A program made the translations under genes and the position numbers. A DNA stretch of 64,000 bases from the human T2T-CHM13v2.0 reference genome, Homo sapiens: assembly GCF_009914755.1 (NCBI RefSeq), contig NC_060946.1; one strand, 5' to 3'. Of the stretch, positions 42,740-63,406 are shown in pieces (position 1 is the first letter of the stretch; every line of letters begins with the position of its first letter). A model generated the notes under the pieces. It saw only the letters and a program-made list of their open reading frames with translations. It had not been told where the DNA came from and made no database searches.

Positions 42740-44350
42740 TCTTGCCTCTGCCGGGGCTCTGAAGCGCTGCCCCGAGGCGGTGGACGGAGGGTGCCAGGCG
42801 TGACATCAAGAGCTCTGCAGCCAGGGCCTGGGGCAACCTCCCGCTCCACCTCCCGGGAGCCTCGCAGCCAGCATCCCCAGCGGCTCGTGCTCCCCGGCCA
42901 GGCGGGACCTCAGCGCTGTGGCGGCCGCAGACCTCACCTGGGCAGGCCCCGGGCCGCATGCGGACCCTAGAGGCAACCAGCGGGCTGGATCCGCACAGCG
43001 GCCCTGGGGAATGGATCGTGTACAGGGGACAAAGCTACACATGTCTTTCATTTTGGAGGGGGGAAAAAAGAAAAAACGGAAATGAAAGATTGAAAATGCG
43101 TGGGCTCTCCGTCCTTTCCTTTGCTCCTGCGCGCTCTCTGGGGTGGGGGGCTCAGCGAGCTTCAAGAGGTGGCCGAGATTCCCCCACCTCGCCCCCAGAT
43201 CCCCGGGAGAGGTCAGCACGGCCCCTCCCGTGGGTGTCACAGAGACCGATACCGGTCCCGCTCCCCGGGAAGGAGTGGGTCTGGGTCCAGTCCGCAGGAC
43301 CCCCTCGCGGATGCTGACGCAGAATGGAGTTGAGGTGGGGGCAGCGCTGGACCCTAGGGCCCCTGCCTGCCTCCTGGGGAGCCCGGTGACCCAGGCAGCC
43401 CTGGTGAGGCCGCAGGAGTCTGGGCCCTAGCGACGCCCCCGGGCTCCCACAGGACGAATGTAGACGGTGAGGCCAAGGACGCCCTGCTGCCCTCGGGACT
43501 GTCCCTCCAGCCCCCAGCTTTCCGTGGTTATTGGGCCCCCTCTGCAGAGGGGCAGGGGAGCCCACCCTGGATCCTGAGGCGCCGAGCTTGAGGGACCCCA
43601 GAGCTCCAGCCAGGCCGCTTTCTTTGCGGATGGTGAAGCTGAGGTCCCGAGGAGGGCAGGGGCAGGTCCCGGGCGCTCCTCAGGCAAAGGGAGCCGATTT
43701 AGGGGCTGGGGTCACAGGAGGCGCTTCTGCGACCTCTAGGGCCCTAGAGCCCGGGAGGATGAGAGACTGGGGGCCTTTCGTCCACCCCTGGGGCTGGGCA
43801 GACGCTCAGCCTGTGCAACCCGAAGCTGCTTCTGCCCAGTCCCAGCCGCGGCCCCTTTAAGAGGGGGTGGTGCTTCAGCCTGGCGCCAGGGACGCTGCCA
43901 GCATGCAGGCCCCGACGGAAGCCGAGACTGCGCTTCGTGCGAGGCCCGGGCAGCATCGGCGGCGTGGTCAGAGCGAGTCTCGGAGAAGATGTGGTGGCTT
44001 CCGTTTGTTGGTGGAGGAGGTGGCAGGCCTCGGCGGTAAGTGGAGGGGGATGAACCCCACCTGGAACCCTCTGGGTCTCCCTACTCCTTCTCGGCCGCTC
44101 CCTGCTTTCGGGCCCTGACTTCTAAGTGGGCATCTGGGCCCGAGTCGTCAGCGTCGGGGCGGTTGTGGGATCCTGGCCTCGGCAGCGTCCACACCCCCGC
44201 CGGGAAGGCTATGCCCCTGTCCGACCCGCGTCCAGCCTATAGGAGCGCCCTGGCCCAGAGGCGGCGGTGAAGCGCTGGACTGGGTCCCTCCGAGCCCCAC
44301 GGGCCTCTGAGCTGGGGCCTAGGGTTATTTTTTATGCCTCGGGACCTTTA
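42740..44350. promoter_or_regulatory. CpG island, probable CECR7 promoter and first exons
   Basis: High CpG density, NotI site at ~42921, TATA-like tttaaga at ~43855, ETS cggaag, strong donor G|GTAAGT at 44035/44036. Confidence 0.8.
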
Positions 44351-44399
44351 GAAAGAGACCTCGCTAGAGCAGGGGACATCTGTAGTTTCAGTTCTTTGA

Positions 44400-44819
<420 letters not shown>

Positions 44820-45261
44820 TGAAAAATTTTTTCTAGGAATATTCAATAACTGTGAGATTATCTGCGTGTGGTTTTGAATTACAGTATTCTAATGAATAGT
44901 TAATTTTGAGGACCTTATCTCTTATCTGTTGTTCGATTTTATATCTGTGCAGAATTGTCCGTTCAGGTTCTTTGCGAAATATTAGATTGGATTCTTTTTC
45001 TACTTTGTAGTGTTTTTTGTGTACACGTTAGTTGACAACTCCTCGTGAATTACATGATTGCCTGAAATTTTTGCGTAATCTATAGGATGCTTTTTTATTT
45101 GGAAAGTAGTTTTCTTTGCTATGCAGAAACTTTTCACGTTGATGTAGTCCCATATGTTGTTTTTTTTTTTTTGCGTTTTATGCGTGTCATTGTGGTCACC
45201 CATATTAGAAAATATGCATCAGTAACAAAGCATTTAATTGTCAATGAGGTTTTTCTTCACA

Positions 45262-45668
45262 ATTATCTAAGGTATTAGTTTTCTATAAGAATTGTTTTAA
45301 AATATTTTTGTTACCAGAGCAGTTGTATTATATTTCAAAATGTAAGATGATTTTTAAAAGCCTGAGTACCTAAGATGCAATTATATGAACTCTACTCTGG
45401 AGGGAGAGAAGGATGTCAGTGGACATTGTAAGACTTTTATGTTTTTGTGCCATCAAATATAGGTAAAAATATCAATAGTGCAATTCTGCTGTTTAAACAG
45501 GAACTATTGGCCTCCCTGGCCCTAAATGGAAGGGCTGATATTTTATGGTTGATTATTTTATGGTAAATTAATCCAACCTAATTCTTTTTAATTTGGTTGA
45601 ATGTTTTTCTTGTTAAATAATGTTTAAAAAATAAAAACTGGAAGTTCTTGGCTTGATTTAAAAAAAAG
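45262..45668 (+). pseudogene. Probable 5'-truncated processed pseudogene fragment (mRNA 3'UTR end)
   Basis: AT-rich, non-TE, 3'UTR-like sequence ending in AATAAA (~45629), ~25 nt, then an A-run; no TSD found. Confidence 0.5.
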
Positions 45669-45708
45669 AGAGATTCTGGTTGAGCTGAAATGGGAGTAGT
45701 CCAAAGCA

Positions 45709-46003
45709 ATTATTATTATTATTCTTTTTAGACAGGGTCTTGCTCTGTCACCCAGGCTAGAGTGCAGTAGTGTGTTTAAAGCTCACTGAAGCCTGGACCT
45801 CCTGGGCTCAAGTGATCCTCCCACCTCAGCCTCACAAGTAGCTGGGACCCAGGCGTGCACCACCACACCCAGCTAATTTTTTATTTTTTGTAGAGATGAG
45901 GTCTCACTATGTTGCCCAGGCTGGTTTCAAACTCCCGGGCTCAAGCAGTCCCCCTGCCTCAGTCTCTGAAAGTGCTGGGATTACAGGCCTGAGCCACTGC
46001 AGC
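45709..46003 (-). mobile_element. AluJ
   Basis: Antisense Alu with (ATT)n tail. Confidence 0.88.
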
Positions 46004-46189
46004 AGCTAATTTTTTTTTTTTCTGATTGAGTATAACATATTTTTTTTCCAAAGATGTCCTAACATATACCCATACCTATGTATCCATGAAATGTTGGCAT
46101 GCCTCCATTGAGACTTGTTTTGTCTCCTTATTTATGTAAAATATAAAATGTACTATTTTCACCATTTTTGAGTGGTATCAAGTAAAGTC

Positions 46190-46718
46190 ACAGAGCATAC
46201 GATATTTGGTTTTCCATTCTGGAGTTACTTCACTTAGAATAATGGCCTCTAGCTCCATCCAAGTTGCTGCAAAAGACGTTATTTCATCAGTTTTTATGGC
46301 TGAGTAGTATCCCATGGTGTATATATACCACATTTTCTGTATCCACTCATTGGTTGATGGGCACTTAAGTTGTTTCCATATCCTTGCAATTGCAAATTAT
46401 GCTATAAACATGCATGTGCATGTGTCTTTGTGTCTTTTTCATATAACTACTTCTTTTCCTTTGGGTAGATACCCAGTAATGGGATTGCTGGATAGAATGG
46501 TAGTTCTACTTTTAGTTCTTTAAGGACTCTCCATACTGTTTTCCATACTGGTTGTACTAATTTACATTCCCCCCAGCAGCGTAAAAGTGATCCCTCTTCA
46601 CTACATTCAAGCCAACATCTATTGTCTTTTTACTGTTTAATTGTAGCAATTCTTGCAGGAGTAAGGTCATAGCTCATTGTGGCTTTAATTTGCATTTCCT
46701 TGGTGATTAGTGATGTTA
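46190..46718 (-). mobile_element. L1PB/old L1PA ORF2 3' fragment
   Basis: gggtagatacccagtaatgggattgctgg and neighbouring motifs. Confidence 0.8.
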
Positions 46719-46719
46719 G

Positions 46720-47521
<802 letters not shown>

Positions 47522-47675
47522 GTATGTGTGTAAATTACTTTCTTAGCACTGTGTTTGCTGCAATCTGTAAGTTTTGGTGTGTTATGTTTTTTATTTCTTT
47601 TATCTCAAGATAATTTCTAACTTCCCTTGTGATTTCTTTTTTGATCCATTGGTTAGTTACGAGTATGTCGTTTAA

Positions 47676-49920
<2,245 letters not shown>

Positions 49921-50459
49921 CTACTCATGTACAGTCTTCCATTTATATTGTTGATGTAATCTTGTGCCTACCAACTTAGTCCACAAAGGCACTGACGTTG
50001 ATCTAGTATCACAAGTGGAAAACAGTATTACTTGCCATAAACAGAAGGCAATTATAACTATAGGTTTTTTTAAAAAAACAAACAATTTTCTCATATTCTA
50101 CCTAAATCCTATTCCCATTGAAAGCTCTGATCCTGAAGTGTATCTTCCTCTTGGGACTTCCAGAGAGTTCAAAGCATGTCAGCACTAAACTAAGAGTCAA
50201 CCTGATATACTCAGAATAATTGGAAGTGAATCCAAAAAGGGAGGTGATTCAATGTTTTTAAAATGATTTTTCAGATAGCTCTTAAAACCATTTCATGTTC
50301 CACAAGAGATATTGCTTATGGTTCAAGTGAATAGGTTGTGAAGCAAGAATTAAATTTAAATACCAACCCTCTTAGTGAGCAGCTGAGTGACTTTGAGGAA
50401 GTGAATGTGCCTCTCTGAGCATGAAGTTTTTCTTATTTAAAATGGGCTACAAAAAAGTG

Positions 50460-51140
50460 CCAGCTTCACACAAAAACATGTATGCAAATGTACATAGCAG
50501 CTTTACTCAAAATAACCAAAACCTGGAGACATCCCAGGTTTTGAAAGGCCTAGAGATGCCTTTCAGTAGGTAAATGGTTAAACAAAAACTGAGGTACACC
50601 CACAACATGGAATACTGTTCTGCAATAAAAAGGATCAAACCATTGATGCACACAACTTGGATGAGTCTCTAGAGAATTATGCTAAAAAAAACCAACAATC
50701 CCAAACAGTTGTACACTATTAAATTATATTTATATAACACGCTTGAAACAACAAAATTATAAAAATAGAGAACAGAGTAGTTGTTAGCAAGGGGTTAGGG
50801 ATGGGGAGAGGAGAGGAAAAGAGAAGAAAAAGGAGGTGGATATGGTTATAAAAGAGCAACATCAGAGATCTTCCTGATGTGCTGGTGAATGCACAAACCT
50901 ATATATGTGATAAAACTGCATAAAAATAAATACACCCATACACACACACAGGTACAAGTGAAACGGGAGATCTGAAGATTGGTGGATTGTATCAACATCA
51001 GGATTCTGGCTGAGATACTGAACTATAGTTTGCAAGATGTTGCCACTATGGAAAACTACTAAAGAGTACAGGGGCATCAATCTGTATTATTTTTTATAAC
51101 TGCATGCAAGTCCACAATTATCTTAAAATGAAAAGTTAAC
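50460..51140 (+). mobile_element. L1MC-like 3' end flanked by MIR pieces
   Basis: cacacaaaaacatgtatgcaaatg...gatactgaactatagtttgcaagatgttgccact. Confidence 0.7.
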
Positions 51141-51566
51141 TTTAAAAATACCACCCTCATAGGCTCTCTGTGAGGATCAAATGAGATAGTATTTAGGGAA
51201 GAAAATTCACTCAGCAAATGTTTATTGACCCCTCTCATCTGTCCAGACACTGTGTGAATGCTGAGCTTACAGCAGGGAACAAAGTTCACACTATAATAGA
51301 AATTTTATTCTAGTATAGTGTCACATAAAAGCGAATTGATATTTTTTAATTTGTCATTGAAATTGGTATAATCACGACCACTCATAGGACAGTAGCATGC
51401 ATCGTGTGCCTACGTGTAATGAAAATAGACTCAGAGAGATGGCAAAATTTGCCCAGGTACCAGGTAGAACCAGAGGCAGAATTGAAACCCAGATTGGAAC
51501 CCGAGGTTGTGGCTCATCATCTCTAAATTCACTGCCTTCAACAAAGAAGTTCTCTCCCCTTTGTAG

Positions 51567-51694
51567 GGTAACCCAGAGAACACAGCCGAAGTGGAATGTG
51601 GGGACGTCTGCGACACCGGGGACAGAGCAACTGTGGATGAAGAGGGCTACATCTGGTTCCTGGGGAGGAGTCATGACACTATCAATGCCTCTGG
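51567..51694 (+). pseudogene. ACSM1-like pseudo-exon A (128 nt)
   Basis: ttgtag|[43 protein letters not shown]|gtaggt; acyl-CoA synthetase A7 (TGD) and A8 motifs. Confidence 0.9.
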
Positions 51695-53039
51695 GTAGGT
51701 GTGACTGATGCCAGGCTGGCTGTTGTCATCCTCATATGCCTCCTGGGATCTTGCTTGCCCAGACAGTCTTTCAGGCATTGGTGACAGGACCCTCAGCCCA
51801 ATTTGAATAGAGCCATGTCTACAATGCCCTGATCCCAGGTTTTGGTGCACCTCCCTAACCCCTGCATACAGAAGAATCAATCAAAATGAAATTCAAGAGT
51901 GTCTTGAAGACATAATAAGACACTGTGCAATTTAGAGAAGGGCCTTGGAATGAGACTGAGAAGGAAGACTCTGTTTTGGTCCCCATAGGTTCAGGGAGCT
52001 TATTTCATGTGTGTGCTCCTCTAATGCAGCACAGGATGTCACAGAACAAACATAGTAATAATAACAACTAACCTTTAGCTATTGTTTATTTTTTATTTAT
52101 TATTATTATTAATCTATTATAAATCTATGAATACAACAAATCTATTAAGATAGATTATTATAAATCTATTATTTGTTATAATTATTTAGCTAACCTGGAG
52201 TACTTACTATGTGAAAGCACTGTTCTTAATGCTTTATATAACTCACCTCTCAATGCTGGAAGGGAGATGCGATTATTACCCCTATTTTACTGATGAGGAA
52301 ACTGGGTGGCTGACCAGTGAAGAAATTTGCCTGAAGTCTCAAAGATAGCACAGGGTGCAATCCAGATTTGAACTGAGGCAGGCTGGCTCTGAGACCCTGT
52401 CCGTAACCCCTACATGATTTTTTAAAAAGATACATTACACTACAGTAACAATCTCTCTTGGATATTTTAGAGAAATGGATGTGATTTTTTTTAAATTTCT
52501 GAAATGTGATGTACTGGAAATTTGCAGAGAGTAGATTTTAAATGCTCTTACCACAAAAGAAAAAAAAAGAGGTAATTACGTGAGATAATGGATATACGAG
52601 AGCCTGAGTGTAGTAATCGTGCTACTATGTATATGTACATCAAAACATCATGTTTTATGCCTTGAATATATTTAATAAATGCCAAAAATCATGCTGATTC
52701 AATGGGAAATAGTGTGCAGAATTTGCACAAATGTTTAAGACCAAGTTTGAGGCTTCCAAGAGATTTCGTGTCTGGTGAAGCTGCATGGGCCAAGGGCCCA
52801 GGGAACTAAGCATTCGCCCTTCTTTGTCAATAAAGGCAGTGAGGCGAGAAGCCCTGGGAGCACCTATAATGTCCAGGTCTTCAAATTTTGGGCCCGTGGC
52901 ACAGACAGATCAGGAGTCTCTGGGTCCCTATGACCTCTGCCCTCTGTGCCAAGGGAAGCTGTGACTCTCCAAAGCAGGAGATTTGAGGACTTGGTTCACC
53001 CCAGCCCTGGCATCTACCCCAGAACCCTTCATCCTCCAG

Positions 53040-53138
53040 GTACGGCATTGGGCTACAGAGGTGCAGCGTGCTTTGGTGGACCACCCAGTGGTGGCAGAGT
53101 CAGCCACGGTGAGCAGCCCAGACCCGATTCAAGGGGAA
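53040..53138 (+). pseudogene. ACSM1-like pseudo-exon B (99 nt, 1-nt deletion)
   Basis: ctccag|YGIG-fs-TEVQRALVDHPVVAESATVSSPDPIQGE|gtgagg versus ACSM1 [33 protein letters not shown]. Confidence 0.9.
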
Positions 53139-54017
53139 GTGAGGAGGGCACAGAGATCATTGTGTCTGTACATGGGCACTAGGAAAGCAAACGCCCGGGA
53201 AACTTCCAGGCCTTACCTGGGCAACCTTGGGGGAAGGAGGGCATAGTGTGCCTGTGCACTTACACAGTATAGTGACTTGGGGGCACTGCGGCCTCTCTCT
53301 GGCTCTGAAGATAAAGATGACAGATTATATTTAGTGAGCACTTAATACATGCCAAATAATTTAACTCTCACAAAATGGAATAATCTAAGAGCTCTTCTAC
53401 TCTTTGTAGATGAGGAAAGAGGAGCAGAAGGAAGTTAAGTAATCTGTCCACATCACACAGCTACTAAGGGGTGGAGCCAGAATGGCATTTCAGCAACGTG
53501 GCTGAAGAACATACGTGCATTTGTTTATTAAAAAGTGTTTATTGAGCACCTTCTATATGCAAGGCCTTGTACAATAAAATGGGGATAACACTACTAATAT
53601 ATGAATAATAAATTGTCAATAATTATCAAATACCCATTGGGTTACAGGCATAGGGTGGTATATATAATAATAGTAAAAATAATGATGAAAGTACTGATGA
53701 CAGGGATAATAATGTAAACTACCTGGATGTTTTATATGTATTATCTCATGGAAGCTTTAAAGAAACCAAATGAGGAATGGAATCTTTATTATTCCCATTT
53801 CACAGAGAAGGAAACTGAGGTTAAGGAGAGGTCAAGTAACTTTTCAAGGCATGGAGTGGACATTGGAAGTACAGGCATTTGCACCTGGTCCTCTTATTTT
53901 CCAAAACTACTGTAGGGTCCAACGTCACCTTGTTTTTCCACTCATTCAATAAATACTGACTTTTTATGCTATGTAATAGGTTGACACTCATCATGAGCCT
54001 CTGCCCTCGTTCTGCAG

Positions 54018-54137
54018 GTGGTGAAGGCATTGATTGTCCTGACCCCACAGTTTCTGTCCCATGACAAGGACCAGCTGACTAAGGAGCTGCAGCAGCATGT
54101 AAAGTCAGTGACAGCCCCATGTAAGTACCCGAGGAAG
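54018..54137 (+). pseudogene. ACSM1-like pseudo-exon C (120 nt, ancestral donor mutated)
   Basis: ctgcag|[40 protein letters not shown]|ctaagt versus ACSM1 [40 protein letters not shown]. Confidence 0.92.
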
Positions 54138-54663
54138 CTAAGTGAGGGCAGATGGAAGGGGTCAGTTCCCAGTACTCCTGCCCCATGTCTCCTAGGGTGG
54201 CTGTGCAGGGGGAAGCTTGGAGACTCACAGTAGTGGCTTTTTTTTCTGCATAAGAAGCAATTTGGCTTAGGGATGGGGTGTTCTCTTAAAAATGTATTTA
54301 AACTGACAAATTAGAAAATGATCTATTAAAAGCAAGGAGACATAGATAAATCCTAATTCAGGTGATTACAACAAATATTTCTTAAGCACTTTCTATATGC
54401 TGGCAATTTATAAGAGTGTTTAAGATAAATCTAGTATAAATGCTGAACTCAGGAGAGTAAGAAAATGACAAATACTTATAGGACAGCCCATGCGATATTA
54501 CAAGCACATGCAATGTTGTGAAATAACACAGAGGAGGGCATAATTAACTCTGCAAGAGTTAGGAGGAGGTTCAAAGAGGAGGGCCTAGTGAGTAGGCATT
54601 TTCAAGATGTAAAGGAATAGAGGGGATGATGTGGAAAGAGGAAGAACCTCTCAAAACAAGACA

Positions 54664-54810
54664 GGGCTGGGCTTGGTGCCTCACACCTGTAATCCCAGCA
54701 CTTTGAGAGGCTGAGGCAGGATGATCCGTTGAGCCCAGGAATTTGAGACCAGCCTGAGCAACACAGCAAGAACCCTGTTTCTATTTAAATAAGTTTAATA
54801 TATTAAAAAA
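54664..54810 (+). mobile_element. Alu left monomer (FLAM/AluJ)
   Basis: ggctgggcttggtgcctcacacctgtaatcccagc...A-rich end. Confidence 0.8.
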
Positions 54811-55714
54811 AGACAACAGAGTAAACAAGAAGCACTGAGGCATGAGACAACATGACATGCAAAAGACAGTAAAGTTGAACTAGTAACATAATTTCTAATG
54901 TCTCCAAATGACGAAAGTAGCATACAGCTCTTAAAACTGACATGAGAAAGTGCATTTAGTGACTTCAGTCTTTGGTGGAAGTTCCTAGTGTATGAAATGG
55001 AACAGATGAGAAAAGGCCTTGGTTCCCATGCTGTGGGAATAGGGAACTGGTGAAGGGCTAAGTATCAGAGGACGTGTAATTCAGATAAATCACTCCGTTG
55101 GTTACCTGGAGGGTGAATTTGAGGAGAATGAGACTGGAGGCAGGAGCAAGGCAGTACCAGTGCAGGTGAAGAAAGAACATAGGTAGAACTTGGCCACCAA
55201 TTAGAAAAGGTGAGAGGAGGAGCCAAGGAGAGGGAAACATGTGGGATCACGGCCAGGTTTCAGGCTGGAACAGGACAAATGGCAGAAGCATCCAATATTG
55301 AAAATAGAGTCAGAGGAGCCTTCTTGAGTGGAGAGGGATAACAGGGCATTCTAGGACAGGATGGGTTTGAGATTTCTTGACATATCCGAGTGGAAAAGTC
55401 TTGGAAGCATGAGGCCACACCAGAGCTCAGTGAGGGCAAGAAGATAGGGAGTGTGGAGTCATCAGCTTGCAGGTGACAGCTGAAGCCATTCTCCCACTTC
55501 AGGAGAGAAGCACATGAGCAAAGAGCTGAGATTCCTGGAGAACACCAACATTCCCAAGTGAGCTGAAAGAGAGAATTCGGAGGAGGGCCAGAGGGAAAAT
55601 TAAATGGAAGAGTGTGCCGTAGAGATAGCACTGTGATCCAGGGCTTGATCTTTGAAGGCAGACTGCCTGAATGACAGTTTCCTTTTCTGTAAATGAGAGT
55701 GAAATTATCTACCC

Positions 55715-59610
<3,896 letters not shown>

Positions 59611-59954
59611 ATTTTTTTAAGTTTTAAAATTACAATATTTACCCCTAGCACCAAGATTGTCTCAAAATACCACTAAAAGAAAACAAGCCTTCCTGGAGAG
59701 AGTGCTGATTCCAGGTCTAGGCCAGAAATGTATAAGATAAGCCTGGAACACTGTCACTCTGGATAGCAAGGAATCTATCAAAGATTAGGATGCTTTCAAC
59801 ACGTCTGAAGAGCCAATCTGAAGGGACTCCTTCTAACCAAAGATAGGACATTTTATACATTAATAAGGATAATAATTGCAGTGGATTGAAATACATCAAA
59901 TGTGTTTGAATGTCTGCATTCATAATGATTCTTTATAAAAAATAAAAGTGGGTT

Positions 59955-60582
<628 letters not shown>

Positions 60583-61388
60583 AGTGGTCACCATCAAAGG
60601 ATATAAATGAAGCAGACCATCATTTTGAAAAATGGTAAACAAAAAGAACAAATCAAGCCACTAACTGGCCTTTTCTATATAAATTGTACAACTGGGTAGC
60701 ACAATAATTTATAAGAAGCTGCATCTCTTTTTTATATTTACTTTTTTTTCTTCATGGAAGGCCCTTCTCAGGGTAGCAATATTTCTTTCTGGAAGTATGG
60801 CAGCTCATAAATGAAGAAGGAATGATATAACAATACCATCATTGTTCAATCCATAATTGATCACTGGCTGTTAACATTATAAAAAAAAAAAAAGGTGGCC
60901 AGAGAGTACACACCTCCTGCTGGAAGAACTTAGCACAGTCTTTTTGCCTTGACTCCTCAAATCCAACATGAATCTGATCAAGCTTTCAGATCAAACTACT
61001 AATTTATCAAAACTAGAACAAAGTGAAGAACAAGTTAATCAACATCACAGGGATACAATTAGCCAAATTCAAACTATCAGAAACAGCATAATGAGAATAC
61101 AGTTAGCATAATCCAAACTATGGGGAAACTGCCTAATTTATTAAATAAACTGCAAGAGACAAAAAAGAGATCAAGTGGGGAAGCTTTCAGGATCAAAAAA
61201 AAGCTAAGATACGAATGAAGCAATCCAAAAGAGAGACTTTATTTGGATCCTGATTCAAACAAACAAAAAAAATATGAGATTACTGGAAATTTGGAGCTAG
61301 CAGGGGAGTTGACAATATTAAAGAGCAATGGTGTGGGATGGTTGGTTGACCATGGTATTGGGATTATGTTTTTAAAAGAGTTCTTGTC

Positions 61389-61666
61389 ACCAGGAAAGTG
61401 GTTCATACCTGTAATCTCAGTATTTTGGGAGGCCGAGGCAGGAAGATCATTTGAAGCTGGGAATTCTAGACCAGCCGGGCAACATAGCAAGACCCTGTCT
61501 CTACTAAAATAAAAATTAAAAATTAGCTGGGCATGGGGGTGTGGGTCTATAGTCCCAGCTACTTAGGAAGCTGAGGCAGGAGAGGTCAAGGCCACAGTGA
61601 GCCATAATCGTGCCACTGAATTCCAGCCCGGGCGACAGAGGCCTTGTCTTGAAAGAACAAAACAAG
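61389..61666 (+). mobile_element. AluJ within an old L1M 3' region
   Basis: Degenerate sense Alu. Confidence 0.8.
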
Positions 61667-62884
61667 AATCCTTATCTTTTACAGACATATACCAAGACAT
61701 TCAGGGAGGAAATTATATGATATGTGGGATTTGCTATAAAATAACGAGAGGAAGAGGAGAAGCATGCAGGAGTGTACATGAAACAAGATTGGCCACGAGA
61801 TGACAAATATCTGAATCCGCTGATGAGTAGGTGAAAGCTCACTACACTAGCCTCTTGTTTAAAATGCTCCAGAATAGAAAGTGTGTCTGAAAATCCACTT
61901 CATGGGTTTGTAGCAAGCATTGAATAAGATCATGTATACAGAGTGCTTTATAACCATGGCTTACAGGTAGTCAGCACACATTGTTTTTAGTTTTGTATAC
62001 TCCCCGTCCATTAATCACATCCAAAAAAGGTATGTTATTCACACTAAGAGCTCTGGCCCATGGACCTTTGTCCACTTGGTGGTAATTTATTGAAATTTGG
62101 GGTTTAGAATGAGGAAATGCCAGCCTTCAGAGCCCCAGGCTTACTATGCAACAGCAAAGCCAACAGTCCCAAATGCCTTCCTAGCACACCTAGTAAGTAG
62201 GATCACTTTCCTCTCACCTTGTAGGCATACTTGAGTTCATTCACTCATTCATTCACTATTTTTCATTCATTTCTTATGTGCCAGGTATTGGGTGTTAGGG
62301 ATCCATAATACAGTGAACCCATAATTGACTGCAAGCATCACTTTCAAAGCATCATTTCAGGATGAGAATTTAAGTGCCAAGTGAGTTCAAGGAACAGTGC
62401 AAAGGATCCATGGCCTCAGTCACCATGAAGACCCTCCCAAGAGCCAGCCCTACTGGGCACATATAAATGAGTGGAGACCTGGAATTCACCCTTACAAAGC
62501 CTAGAACCTGACAGAGCACACAAGACAAAAGCCCAAATAACCAAGAACAGGGAGCAGAATGTGAGAGGTGGGCCCCAAAGGATTCAGCCACCAAGGTGGA
62601 GAAAGTAATGTGTGCAGAGTGGGGAGTAGTCAGGTTTGGCTGAAGCAAGCAGGCATTTGGGGAGAGGTGGAAACTGAGGCTGGAATGGTCTCCTAGGGCC
62701 CTGTATGGAGAAGGTCAGGTTCAGGCATCTGAATCCCATTCAGTAGCAAGAGAGTCACTCCATGGTGCCAAGCAAGGGCTAACAGGCTTAGGACAAGATT
62801 CAGGAAGAGGCCTCTTGCAGCAAGTGGTCAAGCCCAGGGACCACTCATGGAAGGCCTATCCCCGCCTGGCACTGCACCTTCAAG

Positions 62885-63092
62885 TTCACATCACATGGCC
62901 ATGTGCACATTCATACACAACCATGTGCATGTTCACACACAGTCATATGCATGTTCACACAACCATGTGCATGTTCACACACGACCATGTGCATGTTTAC
63001 ACGTGGCCACATGCATGCTAATGCACAATCATATGCATGTTCACACATCACCATGTGCACATTGAAACATGACCATATGCATTTTCACATGC
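62885..63092. repeat. Imperfect purine-pyrimidine minisatellite, ~20-22-bp unit accatgtgcatgttcacac(ac)a
   Basis: About 9 visible degenerate copies. Confidence 0.8.
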
Positions 63093-63229
63093 TCAGTGAC
63101 TCACAGATTCATAAGACCTGAGACGGACGTGCATTTTGGGAGATCCAACTTTAGGATATGGGCTCACTGTCTCAGCACATGCAGACCAGGCCTGAACTCT
63201 ATTCAAGAAAGCTGCCTGCCAGTTTATAG

Positions 63230-63406
63230 CAGGGGTTAGCAAACCTTTTCCATGAAGAGCCAGTTAGGAAATGTTTGAGGCTTTGCAGAACATGTGGTCT
63301 CTTGCAACTACTCAACTCACTAAAGCAACAATGGACAACACATCCGTGAAGAAGCATGGTCGTGTTCTGGTAAAACAAAACTTGGCTGCAGTTTGCCCAT
63401 GCCTAG
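63230..63406 (+). mobile_element. MER58A-like hAT-Charlie DNA transposon
   Basis: caggggttagcaaac start, ttgcaactactcaactc core, tttgcccatgccta end. Confidence 0.7.
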
